Shown in pieces: positions 19,626-32,662 of a stretch of 64,000 nucleotides of DNA. Within the stretch, counting starts at the first letter, position 1; every line of letters starts with the position of its first letter. A model generated the notes under the pieces. That model was not told where the DNA came from. It made no database searches and worked only from the letters and a program-made list of their open reading frames with translations. Made by a program: the position numbers and the translations under genes. The DNA is from Elsinoe ampelina (taxonomy: Eukaryota), in assembly GCA_010093995.1 (NCBI GenBank), contig ML992509.1, positions 1,263,850-1,327,849 on the forward strand, written 5' to 3'.

Positions 19626-22600
19626 CTCTCAGACTGCAAGTATTGGTCGTACTATGGACTCAGGCTGGATGGACGAACGCCGTCTAGGCCGATCATGCGG
19701 TGTGGATGGAAACCCAGCACCGACGGATGACGGTGCAGGCTGTTCGTCGTCTCCAGCGGCCACGAAGCGAACAGTAGAGATCAAAGGATCAGCTCTACCC
19801 TGACAGAGTGTGAGCGATAGGCGTTGACACAAGAGCCGGGGGCGAAATGGGAAGGGCGGGCAGATGTCAGCTGCGTTTCCCCGCAACAACCGGTGTAGAG
19901 CTGAGAAAAATAGAAGCAGGACGCCGCGGATGGCTTTGACAATGATGAATGAAGCTTCTCCGGTCTCAATACTTGTCGAGATGGCTGCAGCGTTCCGTTG
20001 TAATAGGATGTGAGGTGGCCGCAAGTGCGGTCGAGGTCAAGAAACCCACATGCCTACAGCAGCGACTCCACCAGTTGGGTATGTCGCCCGTGCGAATTGA
20101 CGCCGATCGAGAGCTATCTCAACTTGCATCATGGTTGTTGATTGGCTGGGAAAATGGGAAAAAGAGCCCATTTTGTTCGGTCCCACCAAACGCCAAAACT
20201 TCCACCATTCTTCTACACAGCCTTAATATTAACCCAGAGGGCTCCAGGGCAGTGTCCGACAACCGATGTACTGGCGCGCGACAAATTTAGAAATGTCTCC
20301 AAATATCGCAGCGTGTAGATCAAGTTTTACAACATTGGTCATAATTTGAAGCAAGAGCGCGAAATCATACACGTACAATGTTGTTCCAGAGAATTTCGGC
20401 TGTGTGCGAGGCATCACCATCATCGATAGCAGATTCCGCCCATGCAGGTCGACAAGGACTAATACTGCGTGTCAGCAACGTGTCCAGACAGTTGGAATGC
20501 TGCACTGCGTTGATTGACGTAGCTCGATCCAATGATATGCAGATAGATATGTATTTGGTCCGACTGTGTGTTCCGTCGTCATCTGCATCCTGTGTCCACA
20601 ATCGGAATCGCCTCCAAGCGCGGTATAATCAACAGGTCGCAGGGATGGTCACATAGATGGTGTGCGCGTGTGAGCTTGTAGACATATACGTGATTCGCAT
20701 CTGACATGCTCCATACTCAACACGCTGGGTCGATCCCCATGATGCCCGGTCGGCCAGCCGTACTATCATGGACATCCAAGCCTGATGATACCAAAACATG
20801 TGTTCGAGTCCGTGTTAACCGGACCTGGGGCCGATTAGGGCCATGTCTGACCATTTCCCATGTCCAGTCATGCATCCATTATTTGATCGTGGCCTTTTCT
20901 TCTGACACAAACCTTGGAAGGTCGAGCCGCACTAGACGTTCAGCCGTGCTTTAGTGTCATCCAGCCACAATGCGCAGCAGGCAATTCTACTCCTTTGGAC
21001 TCCAGACAAACCAGATTGGAATACCGCAATCCGGCTGGGATGGCCCTTTGGGGCTCAGTCCCCTGATCAGGACATGCTGCGGAGCTACTGCAGACGAGAT
21101 ACGCGATAGAACGTGTTGTCGTCGGACATTTTTCGCGTCGCAGATCATTGACAGGTCTTCCGGTCAAGTTATACCGGACGTCACCGAACCAACAGACCCA
21201 GCCATAGTCCAGAGCTTGTCGGATGAATCGCGACCACCGGCTGAGACTCGGTGAGGGACTCGTCAAGGATCAAAGTCGTCGCTTTACTGTATCGACTTGC
21301 AGTGCGCGAGATGTGGTTGGACGGATGCCTGCAGGACGCTACCGCGACCAAGCTTGACTCAAGGCCACAGGACACCAGATCTGTACATTCTTGTCCACTC
21401 CAGCGGCCGGATCTCACGCTTGAAGTTGCACAAAGACATCTGGTCTTCATCAGCATGAATAGACTAATGGTGCCCTGGGCACGTCATCAAGCCGCAAGCC
21501 CGCCGGAGGGTCTGGTGGGAGATGCAGGTCAGTGACTGGCGGAATGATCGACCAGCTGAAAACTATAGGAACCCATTACCATGGAGAAAAGCCCGCTATG
21601 ACCGAGCAGCGTAGGGCTGCGGCAAGCGAATGCGAGACACGATCTGAGTGCGGCTGCTGTCTATCCTACACTTGGCATCAAGTTTGGTAGGTCTCTAGCA
21701 CTCTTCGTCTCGATGGCTTGGTCACAGCCAGACTTCCGCCTGCTCTTACCGTGCCACAACAACTTTTCTGGTCCACACTGCCTACTCTATTCAGGTCATT
21801 CACTTGGGATGACTCCAACATGGCTCTATCGGCCGATAGCTAGACACCCAATTGTTGTTTCTCGCACGGCTGTAGGTTTACCTAGCTCTCTATTTTGTCT
21901 ACTTCTCATCCACTCAGCCATGACTGAGGCTATAAGTCTCTACCTTCTGCCATTCGTGTCACCTCCTTACCACTGCGGCACTTCCTTTCATATTAGCTTT
22001 GCCTCAAACAGTCCCACCACGCCGAATCAGCTGCACCATCCTGTGGCCGTCGGCTCCTGAGCTAGACCCTAGTCTATACACCGCGGCAGGAAGCTCATGA
22101 CATCTCGTCCTCCACACCACTCTCGACCAATGATCCCTAGACATCTTGATGCCTGCCTGACCTTCATCTCGCTTTGAACTCATTGGGCGGCGCAGCCTCT
22201 ACCGCCGGTCCGCTGTACACTATACAGCCTTGGAAACCTATCCGGACAAGAGCCTTTGATGAAATAGTTGCCGGTCAATTGGCTGAGAGAGGCCCATTTC
22301 ACGACCCCGATATCCAGCTCTGAGCCGCAGACAGTCACGCTCGTCCTTGTCCCCGAGGTACGCTTGTATAAATCTCATCTCAGCGCCCTTGGATTAATGG
22401 CATTATCCATCACTCGTCCACTCATCCAGCGACTGCAAGTCATTGCATCCACAACATTAGCACAAGCTATCAGGCCGACCAAAATCATCAATCTATCTGC
22501 ACCGCTTACGCTCCGGCCCGCATATCCTTACGCAATGCTGCTCTCGACATCACATTGCGTTGTCCATGCTGCCTTTCTCTTCTTAGACCCAAAGGATCCA

Positions 22601-24927
22601 GGAGAGACAAAGGGAAAGCCGGAGAAGTAGAGCCGGACACAAACTCGTGGCTCTCAGACAATCCAGTGCAGCAGCTGCTGAGCTTCTCAGAACCATTCCG
22701 GACCCCTCATCCTCGATAGGACAGGACGCGGTGCTTTCCCACGAAAGAGTCACGCTCCATGTAACACGAGACCCCCAATCTACTTCATCGTCATCGTCGA
22801 GCGCGGCAATTGCGCGGTTGCCTTGTGGCCTGATTGGATACGAGTGCACCACAAACGACAAAACCCATCAAAGCCAAATTCAATTCGATCACACACTATC
22901 TCTTGGAATCTTTACTCATTCGTAGACTTTGCATCTGCGATTGGCGCGCTCAGGGAATGATCTTCGGTAGGGTCTGGGCGATCTACGCCGCAGGGACAAG
23001 CATCTAGGGACGGAGTCAGTCATTCAGCATCTCCTGGGGCAAGGCAGGGCATGTGATCGCACAGCTTGCGTGCGGCTCAGGCATACCCTCTTCACCCTAA
23101 CTGTAGATGTACCACACAGGGTGGGGTTTGCTTGCGCCGCATTCTCAAAGGAATAGCCAATTGCACATAGATATATACTTCTCTACTCACAGTCACCAAT
23201 TGAGTTTCAACCAACCCTGTCCATCCATCACAAGCATGACGAGTGCTCGCATCGGACTCACCGCACCTGACCTTGAGCCGCACATGTCAAAGACAAGGCA
23301 AATGTCTTGACAGAAAGTCAACCGAAAGCTGGAGTAGAAAAAGAGAAAGTACTGACGAATCAATCAATTTTCCCCCATGCCACGGCTGGAGGTGCTGACT
23401 CAGGATCGACGGGGCCGGACCAGATTTCAGGCCACAAACGTCGCGGCCTCCGATCTGGCCGACTTCTCCTCATCACCGCACTGCTGTATTGAGGTCCAGG
23501 TTTGGTACGCTATTGTTTGGCTATCTTCTTGTCTCTTCTCGTGATGGCAGGTGCGAAAGGGTGACTGTGATGCCTTGGACTCTGGCAGGTGACTGGTGGG
23601 TTACAAGACGGAGCTGCGCCGTAGAGGACGCAGATCGACTGCTCCGGCGAATGCCACTCCGCTATCAGAAGCGACTGTAGGACGCTACTGAACAAACTAC
23701 GAAGACAGCACTTTTGCCGTGGTCGGCTTGTCTGCGGCTGGATTGGAGTAATCGCCATGTCAGCGACAGTACCTAGCCTTGGTCAATTCTCTGCCTCGGA
23801 CTTGCATACCGCCTGGCTCACAGTCCAGGATTTGTATACTTCGCCATGTAAGCGACTTTCAACATTGTAAAGAAGCAGGGTGTACGCTTCTCTTTGAAAG
23901 TCCAACTCTGGGACTGGACCTCTCATAGCTACACAAGACTACTGACAGACCCAACTTGCCATCTCCAAAGGTTGGGGCGACCTTGATGCACTTGATGGTG
24001 ACTCGCCAACTGGCCGACTGCGCTGCAAACACATCGTGGTGCTGCCATTAAAGCTAGACTCTCTGGATGCCCACAAGATCACGGACGATTGTATACGAGG
24101 CCAAAGCTCCACGGTGGCGAGCAAGCCATTGAAGACACTGAAGATGATTTTGCAAATACAAAATCAAACTTGAGCATGTGATTTCACATGCCGCTTCCTC
24201 AAAAAGTGGCCACGGTCGGAAAAAAGACAAAAACGAATGGGCTCGTTCGGAGTCGAATTAACGGCTCGTCACTACGACAGAGGTAATAGTGTTGAATATA
24301 ACAGTACTCCTTACTAGGAGAAAGGATGCTTTGTGGCAGGGAACATCATCTCGCGGCTTCGTTTGGGTTTCCACCGGCTATCAATAAATATATAACCTGG
24401 ACTTAGCACTCGCCGAGGGTGGTGACTTGTATGCACTCATTTGATCTTTCAGGTTTGGCGACCGCTCCAGCCAATGGCAATCCACTCCAGCTTCCTCGCC
24501 ATGAGCGCAAGCTCTGGTAGGATGCTGACGGTCATGCATGCCGTTCTGCTATGCTTCTGAAGCAGGGGTGGCCATTGGTCGCCCTTGAAAAGAGGATCTC
24601 GTCAAGACCACAACCTGATATTTGCATGGCACGCCTCTCATACTCAATCATCATAGGTCTATTGGTGTTTAGTACCACCAGCCGTCACAAGCATCAAATC
24701 GCGCATCGAATACAAGTTGCATATGCGACGCATCACGTCACTTGCCGTACGTGCGGCGTATCCATGCCTGAGGCATCTGAGCACAATCTGCTAAAGGGAG
24801 CACGGATCAACGAATCTTGATTGGATAACAATATACGAGATACTACGCAAGCACATTACCCGGCCAAGCTCTCCCTTAGCTTCTGCTTCAGGGTCTCCCG
24901 GCGACCTTCTTCCTGATTCGACGCCTT

Positions 24928-25125
24928 TCAAGCAAGGAAATCATCCGGCCTCACCAGAATCGCTTCTCCCTCGCCGAGCTGCCAGGTCTTCTTCGCAGCA
25001 GCATCCACATCCCTGACCGTCTCCGACCCAGCGTGAATCTCACACGCTGATGACTTTGCTCGGTCGCGGAGGAGGGGCTCGAACATGTTCTGGGTGAGCC
25101 AGATGCGTTGGACCGGGCTGACTGT
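24928..25125 (-). pseudogene. Remnant of an FAD-dependent aromatic monooxygenase
   Basis: 66-codon stretch: VSPVQRIWLTQNMFEPLLRDRA (N-terminal-half motif) joined directly to VRDVD...GEGEAILVRPDDFLA* (C-terminal LVRPDxxxAW motif, with W replaced by TGA). No start codon and no GxGxxG. Confidence 0.6.
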
Positions 25126-25613
25126 TTACACTTACCATAAAGGCCTCTTGCTCTCCACACCCCAGGACGTGGAGGAGTCGGGACCCCGCCGGTTCATGGT
25201 GAGAAGAGACGTTGTCTTAGGAGTAGGGCGCTGTGTGGGCCTTGGTCTGGAGCAAATGACGGAGAAGATGTCCACGTCGAGCCGAGAAGAAGGGAAAGTG
25301 GCCGCTGACAAAGAAGCGGTTCCTGGGATTGACGGAGATCGCGCAATTTCCGTCCTCCATGTCCCGCCGTCCCAGGTCCCCATCTCACTTTCTGTCTCTT
25401 CTCATCATTGCGCTTGACATGAACCACGACAGTACGGTCCATGGCCACGACGATCCCCGTCAAGCATCTCGGAGCAATGACAATTGTTCAGCACTGCTGT
25501 GGAGCCGAGCAGCTCAAGCTGTAAGTTCCTTCACAAACTCCGCTCGCAAAACGACGAGCGCACCCAAAGGTAACACATCTCTATCCTTCCCTCTCTCCCC
25601 CTCTTCTTTTAAG

Positions 25614-25800
25614 CTTGGTGGGCAAAAGTGGTTGGGTGGAGAGGAGTTTTCGCTGTTGGAGGTGTACCATGCGCCGTGGGTGGCGTTCTTGGAGCGATTG
25701 GGCTTGAATGGCGAGCTGGAGAAGAGTGGGGATGTGAAGGCTTGGTGGGAGAGGGTTCAAAGGCAGGGGGAGCTGGGGGAAGTTGCAGGAGGTGGTGAGT
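25614..25800 (+). pseudogene. Glutathione S-transferase C-terminal domain fragment
   Basis: QKWLGGEEFSLLEVYHAPWVAFLERLGL...VKAWWERV matches the GST-C pattern. The expected terminal SW appears only after a frameshift, and no N-terminal thioredoxin domain is recognisable. Confidence 0.6.
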
Positions 25801-26513
25801 GGGCATTAGATGCATGGGACGTACATCAGGGTGATAGAAAAGCCTGTCGTTCTTGAAGGCTACAGGAAATACCATGACTTGCTGTGGCAGTCTGATTTGA
25901 TAGCTATTCTGAAACGCCTTCGTAAACTCCTTCGCTGTTGTACATGCGGATGAAACCGGGTCATTCTTGTTCCTGATTGTTGATTCCCATAAAGAGTCAT
26001 TGACCCATAGATGTGTAAAGCAAGGTGGGCCATAAAGTCACCACCCCATGCATCATTCTGATTGGCGAACACCTAAACGCCAGAGGCACCTCCTCCATAC
26101 CATCGGTACTGGCAGTCTCGAATTGGCTGTCGTATGCATCGTCGGGCCAAATAGCGTACACGTGTTGCAAATGTTTGAGAAACGCTTGTGATCATCGCAT
26201 CAGTCTGTATGAAGATTTTCCTTTGTTGTTTGTTGCAGGACTTGATAAATGACGCAATAACGTTCTGTATTCTGGTATTCGTCGTTAGAAATCATATGCC
26301 ACCATGAACAAAGGAAGCAGGCAGTGGCGAGCAAGCAGCAGCAGCAGCAGTGATCGCGGCAACGTTGGGAGACCGCAAGGGCGACGGTTACTGGTATCGT
26401 TCCGCGTGAAGGTTCGTATGTGGCAGATGAGTCAGATCGTTGTGGAAATGTTATACAGAAAACATCATCGAGGTGCTGTCGAGGAGAGTTGACATGTGTT
26501 CGATAGACGTCCC

Positions 26514-27419
26514 TCAATCCATGTAAAAGTCGCCCTTGAGGATACGTTCGCCGACATGATCGGGGACCATGGGCTTCGGAGCCTGAGGCTGGACGGGAGG
26601 AGGCTGCATAGTGGCGATGCTCTTTGACCTGGTGTGGAAGTTGGGGGATCCACTTGTTGAAGCGATAGAAGATGAGCGTTCAGCACGGGAGCGGAAGCTG
26701 TCAGCCCAGTTGTAGCCACTTGAGTCTGTACGAATGTCAGTACGTGCACAAATGAGACTAGTGAGTGTACAGTGGTAGCCGGGAGCAAGGGTGATGTCGT
26801 CGGTCCTGGGCAGGTCTGAAGAAGAAGACGGACCTCGAGCCTTTGGTGTGGGCGGGGCGTTCTTCTTCTGCTCGCTCCCAGTGGCCGTGGCGACACCGGT
26901 ATCAGCATAGGAAGATCTACCTGCTGTGTTCCCTCCTCCACCTCCACCGCCACCTGCTGTACCAGTTCCTGTACGGACATCACGCAAGGCACGTGCCCCG
27001 AAGCTCATACGGCGAGCAAACGGAGTGGTGGGACTGCTTTGTGAGAGAGGATCACCATCCTCGACAGCACTCTCGTCGATGGAGCCGCTGTTGTGACTTG
27101 AAACACTATCGCTACGCTTGAAGCCGTTCATGGGAGATGACTGATTGCTTCCGCCACCGTTCATGCCGAGAGCAGTCATGGACATGCGACGATGAGAGGC
27201 CTGGGCTGCAGCGGATGAAACAGAACCGGGAAATGTGTTTGTGCCATTACTCGTAGCCGTGCTCTTACTGCCGCTCTGGTCGACGAGACCGCTCCAGGAA
27301 GGACGGGACTTGTTGTTTCCCCACAGGTCCTGCAAGGCCTGGGAGGCGAATGAGCCGCGACGACCGGAAGGGGGGTTGGAGGTGGTGGAGGTTGAGTTCT
27401 GGTTGTTTGATTCGGACAT
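26514..27419 (-). CDS. Conserved-looking Ser-rich hypothetical protein
   Basis: 301-aa ORF with several RRxS motifs and C-terminal PDHVGERILKGDFYMD; probable in-frame intron 26833-26726. Confidence 0.75.
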   Translation of the reverse strand: MSESNNQNSTSTTSNPPSGRRGSFASQALQDLWGNNKSRPSWSGLVDQSGSKSTATSNGTNTFPGSVSSAAAQASHRRMSMTALGMNGGGSNQSSPMNGFKRSDSVSSHNSGSIDESAVEDGDPLSQSSPTTPFARRMSFGARALRDVRTGTGTAGGGGGGGGNTAGRSSYADTGVATATGSEQKKNAPPTPKARGPSSSSDLPRTDDITLAPGYHCTLTSLICARTDIRTDSSGYNWADSFRSRAERSSSIASTSGSPNFHTRSKSIATMQPPPVQPQAPKPMVPDHVGERILKGDFYMD

Positions 27420-28679
27420 TGTGGAATTTGAGTGCTTTTGATGTGGTGGAAATTGTAGGAGACGATTTCAGATAGATTTGAGGCTGTGTGAGGTCGAGAG
27501 CGATTGGTGGGGGACAAGGTGTGGTGGGCGGTTGTTGAAAGGCTGCCACAAAGAATGTGAAGTAGGCCTCGTTACGTCAGAGTCTCCAGGGGACAACGCA
27601 ACCCAATGGCCGCCGACACGTGCTCTTTGGTAGTCTTGCTGTGCAGTCGACTGTGGTCTTTGTCGTGTGTAGGGTATGACTTGGTGGAGGGGTGTTTCTC
27701 AGGAAGGACAGAGGGAGATTGCGTTTGAGGTGAGAAGGAAGAGGAGCGGACTGATAAGTGCCCATGCCCATGCTGATCCGACCAGACCCCACAAAGTCAC
27801 AAAACGGGCCGGGAGCTGTTGGGTAGCGTCAAACCCTAAACAGCTCGATTGCGGGGTATGTGCGTCTCTCTTTTGTTCGTTCAAGTCACAGCGTGCTTTC
27901 GTTTACTGCGCAGCGACTGCAAAACAAAACCCGTTGGCTCAACGCATGTCAGAGCATGTCAGGGCTTCTCAACCCGGACAATCCGTTGCATGATCACCGC
28001 AGACCTGCTCTCATAGGGGAGATAAGCTGTTCCATCACTTCCCTGGCCGTCAATGCGATTCAACGCGTGCAATTTCACCAATCTAACTTACTGTACACGA
28101 CGCCGATCATAGACGAGCACCAAGTGGGCCCGAAAGGGCAGCAAAACCTGGGGAAATGCCATCCTATCTCGGCCAAAACTTGGCTCCCGTCCGAATTTTG
28201 TAACAAGTTATGCTGGCCACGACCAAGCGAGGACACACAAAGAGTGGCTTGATTCAACCCGCTGTACGTGTGTTGTCACTTTTGCTATCATGCCTTATCT
28301 CCTGCAAGAGGCTCGATCTTGGTACCCTTGCCCGTTGCCGGCATGTCAAGTGTACCTGATTCTTGTGCAATTGCTTCATACTTGGTCCAAGCGCTGTCCG
28401 TCGTGGCTATAAAGAAAATCCCTGCATATCTTGCTCCTACAGTAAGGGAAGGAAATGAATAACAAAACCTCAGTGGCACACGCCGTGGAGTTTGTCAGCG
28501 TCAGCCAGCTCGCCGATCAGCTTGTCACCTTTCGGCCGAGGAAGCTCCCAGCCACCGCACAACATATTTCGAGGTAAGCCGGCTTGTGCTGCGTGACCAG
28601 TCTTGCCATATTTTATACAACAATGAAGTGATGCGATTGAAGTATTTCAATTGATACGGCCGCACACTGATAGGCCAAG

Positions 28680-31600
28680 ATGGACAACGACTTGGACGGC
28701 GTCAGTACTTCCGAGCACGACCCGGACATGCCAGACGATCCGCAGGCGAATGCAGTGCATTTTGCTGTCCCACTCCAGAATCTTGTCGACAGCTTCCAAG
28801 ACCATGCACCAAAAGTCAATGGCGTGCTTGCGACTAGGAATGAAACCACTAATGTACAGCATGACCGTCCGAGCTTGACAGCACCAGCACCAGCACCACA
28901 GGTATTTCTTCTTTATGGTTGATGAAGATAGACTCTAATGTTAGGTAGGCCCTTTGTTCAACATGCGAATCGCTCAACTTGACACCAGACAAGTTTTTCG
29001 TGAGCTCGACAAGTCGTGGCAAGCCGAACGATCACAAGGACTTCGCTCGCTGTGATCATATCAAGAAAGACATGTCCACGCTGAGAAGCATTTTCGAAAG
29101 ATCTGAGACATGTCCATTATGCTATCTGATATGCAGGAGCATCAATACATCGGACCTAAGCAGCTTCGCTAGCATTTTGGACCGGTTCGCTTCAGCTACA
29201 TGCTGGCTAAACTGGGAGCTTGATGGGCGCCGCGGCATCTTAGATCGCTCTGCGAGCCGCACACGGCGTATACACATCCGTTGGTCGCATCCAGGACTCG
29301 ACGATGCCTACCTGCTGTTCGCAGCAAAGAAACGACCACTCCAGACCAACTCGGATTCGCGGCAAACCTGGAGGACGGAAGATTATTTTCTTGGTAGAGA
29401 GCGAGATCCTGATGCGAACAACAAGAGTCTCATCAAGAGCTGGTTAGATACATGCTTCCAAGACCACGTTGGTCATTGCCGATCACCACACGACAAGAAA
29501 TTTCTCAAAATGATCAAGATGCCTTTCTTTGGAGTTATTGACGTCTTCAATCTCTGCTTGACCAAGTTACCCACCTCGGAGGACAGTCGGGACATCGATA
29601 GTGGGGAGTCCAAGTTGGATATGAAAGGTTTCCCCTATCAAGAGGAAGGAGCTCAACACGCTCCGTACGCAGCACTGAGCTATGTATGGGGAGGTGACCA
29701 GATCCACAAAACTACAACGGCCAAGATCCTACATCTACGAGGACCCGGCTCTCTCGAGAAAGTGCTATCAGACTATCCCCAGGTCATCAAAGATGCAATC
29801 GATCTGACTAGGCGATTGGGCATTCGATATCTCTGGGTCGACAGCTGCTGCATCGTACAAGACTCGGAAAGGGTGTGGAAGAGGAACGCACAACACATGG
29901 ACATGATATATGGTAATGCAGCCGTGACCATCTGCGCTGCCGACGGTAGTACCGCTCATGATGGTCTTCATGCACTTCAGACCGACAAGAGGTCCAAAGA
30001 TCAACACATTCGCCGAGTGGCCCCTGGAGTGCGACTCATGGTATCCCACCTCGCTGAAACAGCCATCAAGACCACTACTTGGAACAAAAGGGCCTGGACC
30101 TTCCAAGAACGACTTCTATCGAAACGCTGTCTCATCTTCGCAGAAGGCCGGGTGTTCTTTCAATGTCCTTCGAGTACTATGCTGGAGGACATCATAGCCG
30201 AGCCAAGAGGACGTGGCTGGTCACTCGACTTGGTCAACGTCCCATCACAGCTTACTCGGGATCTCAAGAGTCGTCCATTCTTCGTCTACACACAATGCAT
30301 TGGCCTGTACTCCGCCCGACAATTGACCAAGGAAGAAGATATCCTGGCTGCTTTCACCGGTGTGGAGAATATGCTATCGCGCTATCTGAATGGACCTTTA
30401 GCATTCGGTTTGCCAACTTCTCATTTTGACCTCGCTCTCTTGTGGGATTCCATATCGCCGGCCAAACGTCGCTGGGTGACCGAGGGAAAGCAAGACGAGC
30501 TATCCCGCAAACGATCCGAGTTCCCGTCTTGGAGTTGGTGTGGATGGAGTGACGCAAAGATGGTTTACAAAACTGAGCTCATGCAGGATGTGGAAGGCGA
30601 CGTCCATTCGTGGCTGACTGAACACACCTGGATCAAGTGGTACATCCGAGATGGCAATGGCTATCTGCGACCTTTGTGGAAATCGTCCGATATTGGCTCT
30701 ACCAAAGAACATCTGCAAACGGATGCACGCTGGGTGGGATATACCGAAGGTCGGCGTGAACGCCGACACGATAGATCAAGAGATTCGTCGCATGAACGAC
30801 CTCGATCACGAAGCAGGAGTGCCGAGCTCCACGAACGTAGACACCGCAGAAGAGGAAGTGGTGCCTCCATTGCTAGCAGAGAACGTGCAAACGACACTTC
30901 GGCCCAGGAGGATAATTTCTTCCATCGCGACACCTATGGACGCAATTACTATCACACTGTTGGCGATGTGCAGAGAAACGTACAAGAGGATGCGCAGCCA
31001 CAGGATACATACCACACGGTTTATTATGAGCGACCGGCGGATGACCCGTACTATCCCAGACCGCCTCAGAACCCGTATAATCACGAGCCACATCAGCAGC
31101 GGCCAGGAGTAGCTGCACACATCTATTCGCCCGGTCGTCGTGAGGTCGAAAGGGAGTACTATCCTCCACGGCCGCGATACTCCTCCCCTCCGGCAAACAG
31201 GGAGAGAGACATCATCATCTACCGCCGAGGTCGCAACGAGCCCGACGACTACGGCCGAGTAGACCACAGCAGCAGCATGCGCGGCGGACTCTGCGACGAC
31301 TTCTACATCACCATCCCCGAGTCACCCTACACGGTCAAAACGGCTCCCTACCGGCGCAAACCCGACAAAGAGTTCCCCGACTACCCCATCCTCCAATTCT
31401 GGACCTGGTCAGCCCACCTCCGCATCGCCAAATCCCGCCGCCACGACACAGACCAACAGGACCCCACCAAACTCCACCAGTACGACATCCACGACGAAGC
31501 AGGCGACTGGTGCGGCACCATCCTCCTCGACCCGCAATGGGTGAGCGGGTGGGAAGTCGTCAACGGCGAGAGCATCGAGGGGTCGAAGCACGAGTTCCTT

Positions 31601-31819
31601 GCCCTGTCTGACGCGAAGAGGTTCACGGATAAAGAGTGCGAGACGTGGACGTACTATATCCCGAAAGAGAGGACGCAGTCCGAGTGGGATTTGTATTATG
31701 TCTTGCTCGTCAGTAGGAACCAGTTGTTCTGGCAGCGTGTGGCGCTGGGGAAGGTGTTCAAGACGGCGCTGGATAATGGAGAGCCGAGGAAGATGTGGAA
31801 GGAGATTGTGCTTGCTTAG
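28680..31819 (+). CDS. HET-domain (heterokaryon incompatibility, TOL-like) protein
   Basis: Exons 28680-28901 and 28949-31819. HET blocks YAALSYVWG, RYLWVDSCCIVQD, MDMIYGNAAVTICAA, WNKRAWTFQERLLS and FPSWSWCGW. Confidence 0.9.
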
Positions 31820-31932
31820 TTGTGCATAAGGTTGTTGGGTATCATGAATCACGACTTTGGCCTCCTTGTCGTCCCTCCTGCCCATCCACATGTCGCCGAT
31901 GCTATTGCTCTGTTGTTTCGGACCTAGCCCTT

Positions 31933-32662
31933 TCACGTTCCCACCCCCTGCCCCTCCCTCACAAAGTCCCTCCCCCTCCCCTTTCTCCCCTCTCTATCCT
32001 TCCTCCTCCTCTCCTCCATCCCCCTCACCACCTCCTCCACCCTCTCCCTCGTCCATCGCCTCACGTCCACCCCCGTCCCCTCGGGCAACGCGTTCTCATA
32101 CTCCGCCCCGCCTTCCATCCCTGCGTACCGCAATAATTGCTTCACTTCCTCGGGATTCCTCAGCGCTGACGAAGAGAGCAGCCGTTCGTGGTAGTGTACC
32201 CCTTGTTTTTTGAGGGCGAGGAAGTGTTGGATCTTCTTGTCTTGTTGGGTGAGGCCGGGGGAGCGAGGAGGTGCGGGTGGGAGGGTGAAGTTGGGAACGG
32301 GGGGCATGGTGAGGGAGTGGATTTGTTGGCGGGTGAGGGTGTAGAGGCTTTGGGAGGGATTGGAGGAGTCGGAGGGGTCTTGTGGAGGTGATGAAGGGAG
32401 ATGAGAGGCAGGGGGACCAGGGACGGGGCCAGTAACTGGTTCATGGTTGTTGGTGGGTGATTGGGAGATTATGGCTTGGGATTGGGTGACTGGATCTGCG
32501 GTGGATGAGGTAGCGAAGGGCTGTTTGGTGAGGGGATTAGTAGGTATCTTTATCCTTGGGACGGGAAGGGTCGCATTGTACCTTTGACAAGACTGGTGGC
32601 TCTGCGACGACTTCGTCCTCGTCATCGCTAGAGCCGTAGCCTCCCAGACCAAGCGTGCTCAT
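31933..32662 (-). CDS. HCNGP-like / SAP30BP-family protein
   Basis: Exons 32662-32582 (MSTLGLGGYGSSDDEDE) and 32520-31933. KIQHFLALKKQGVHYHERLLSSSALRNP is the HCNGP signature. Confidence 0.8.

Noticed and set aside
24238..24262. tRNA 3' end (TTCGACTCCGAACGAGCCCA on the minus strand)
   Set aside because: The T-stem does not pair and there is no matching 5' acceptor strand upstream, so it is not an intact tRNA.
26331..26350. Short trinucleotide runs (GCA here, TGT ~16361, TGG ~34255, TTA ~38796)
   Set aside because: Only 4-5 units each; ordinary microsatellites.
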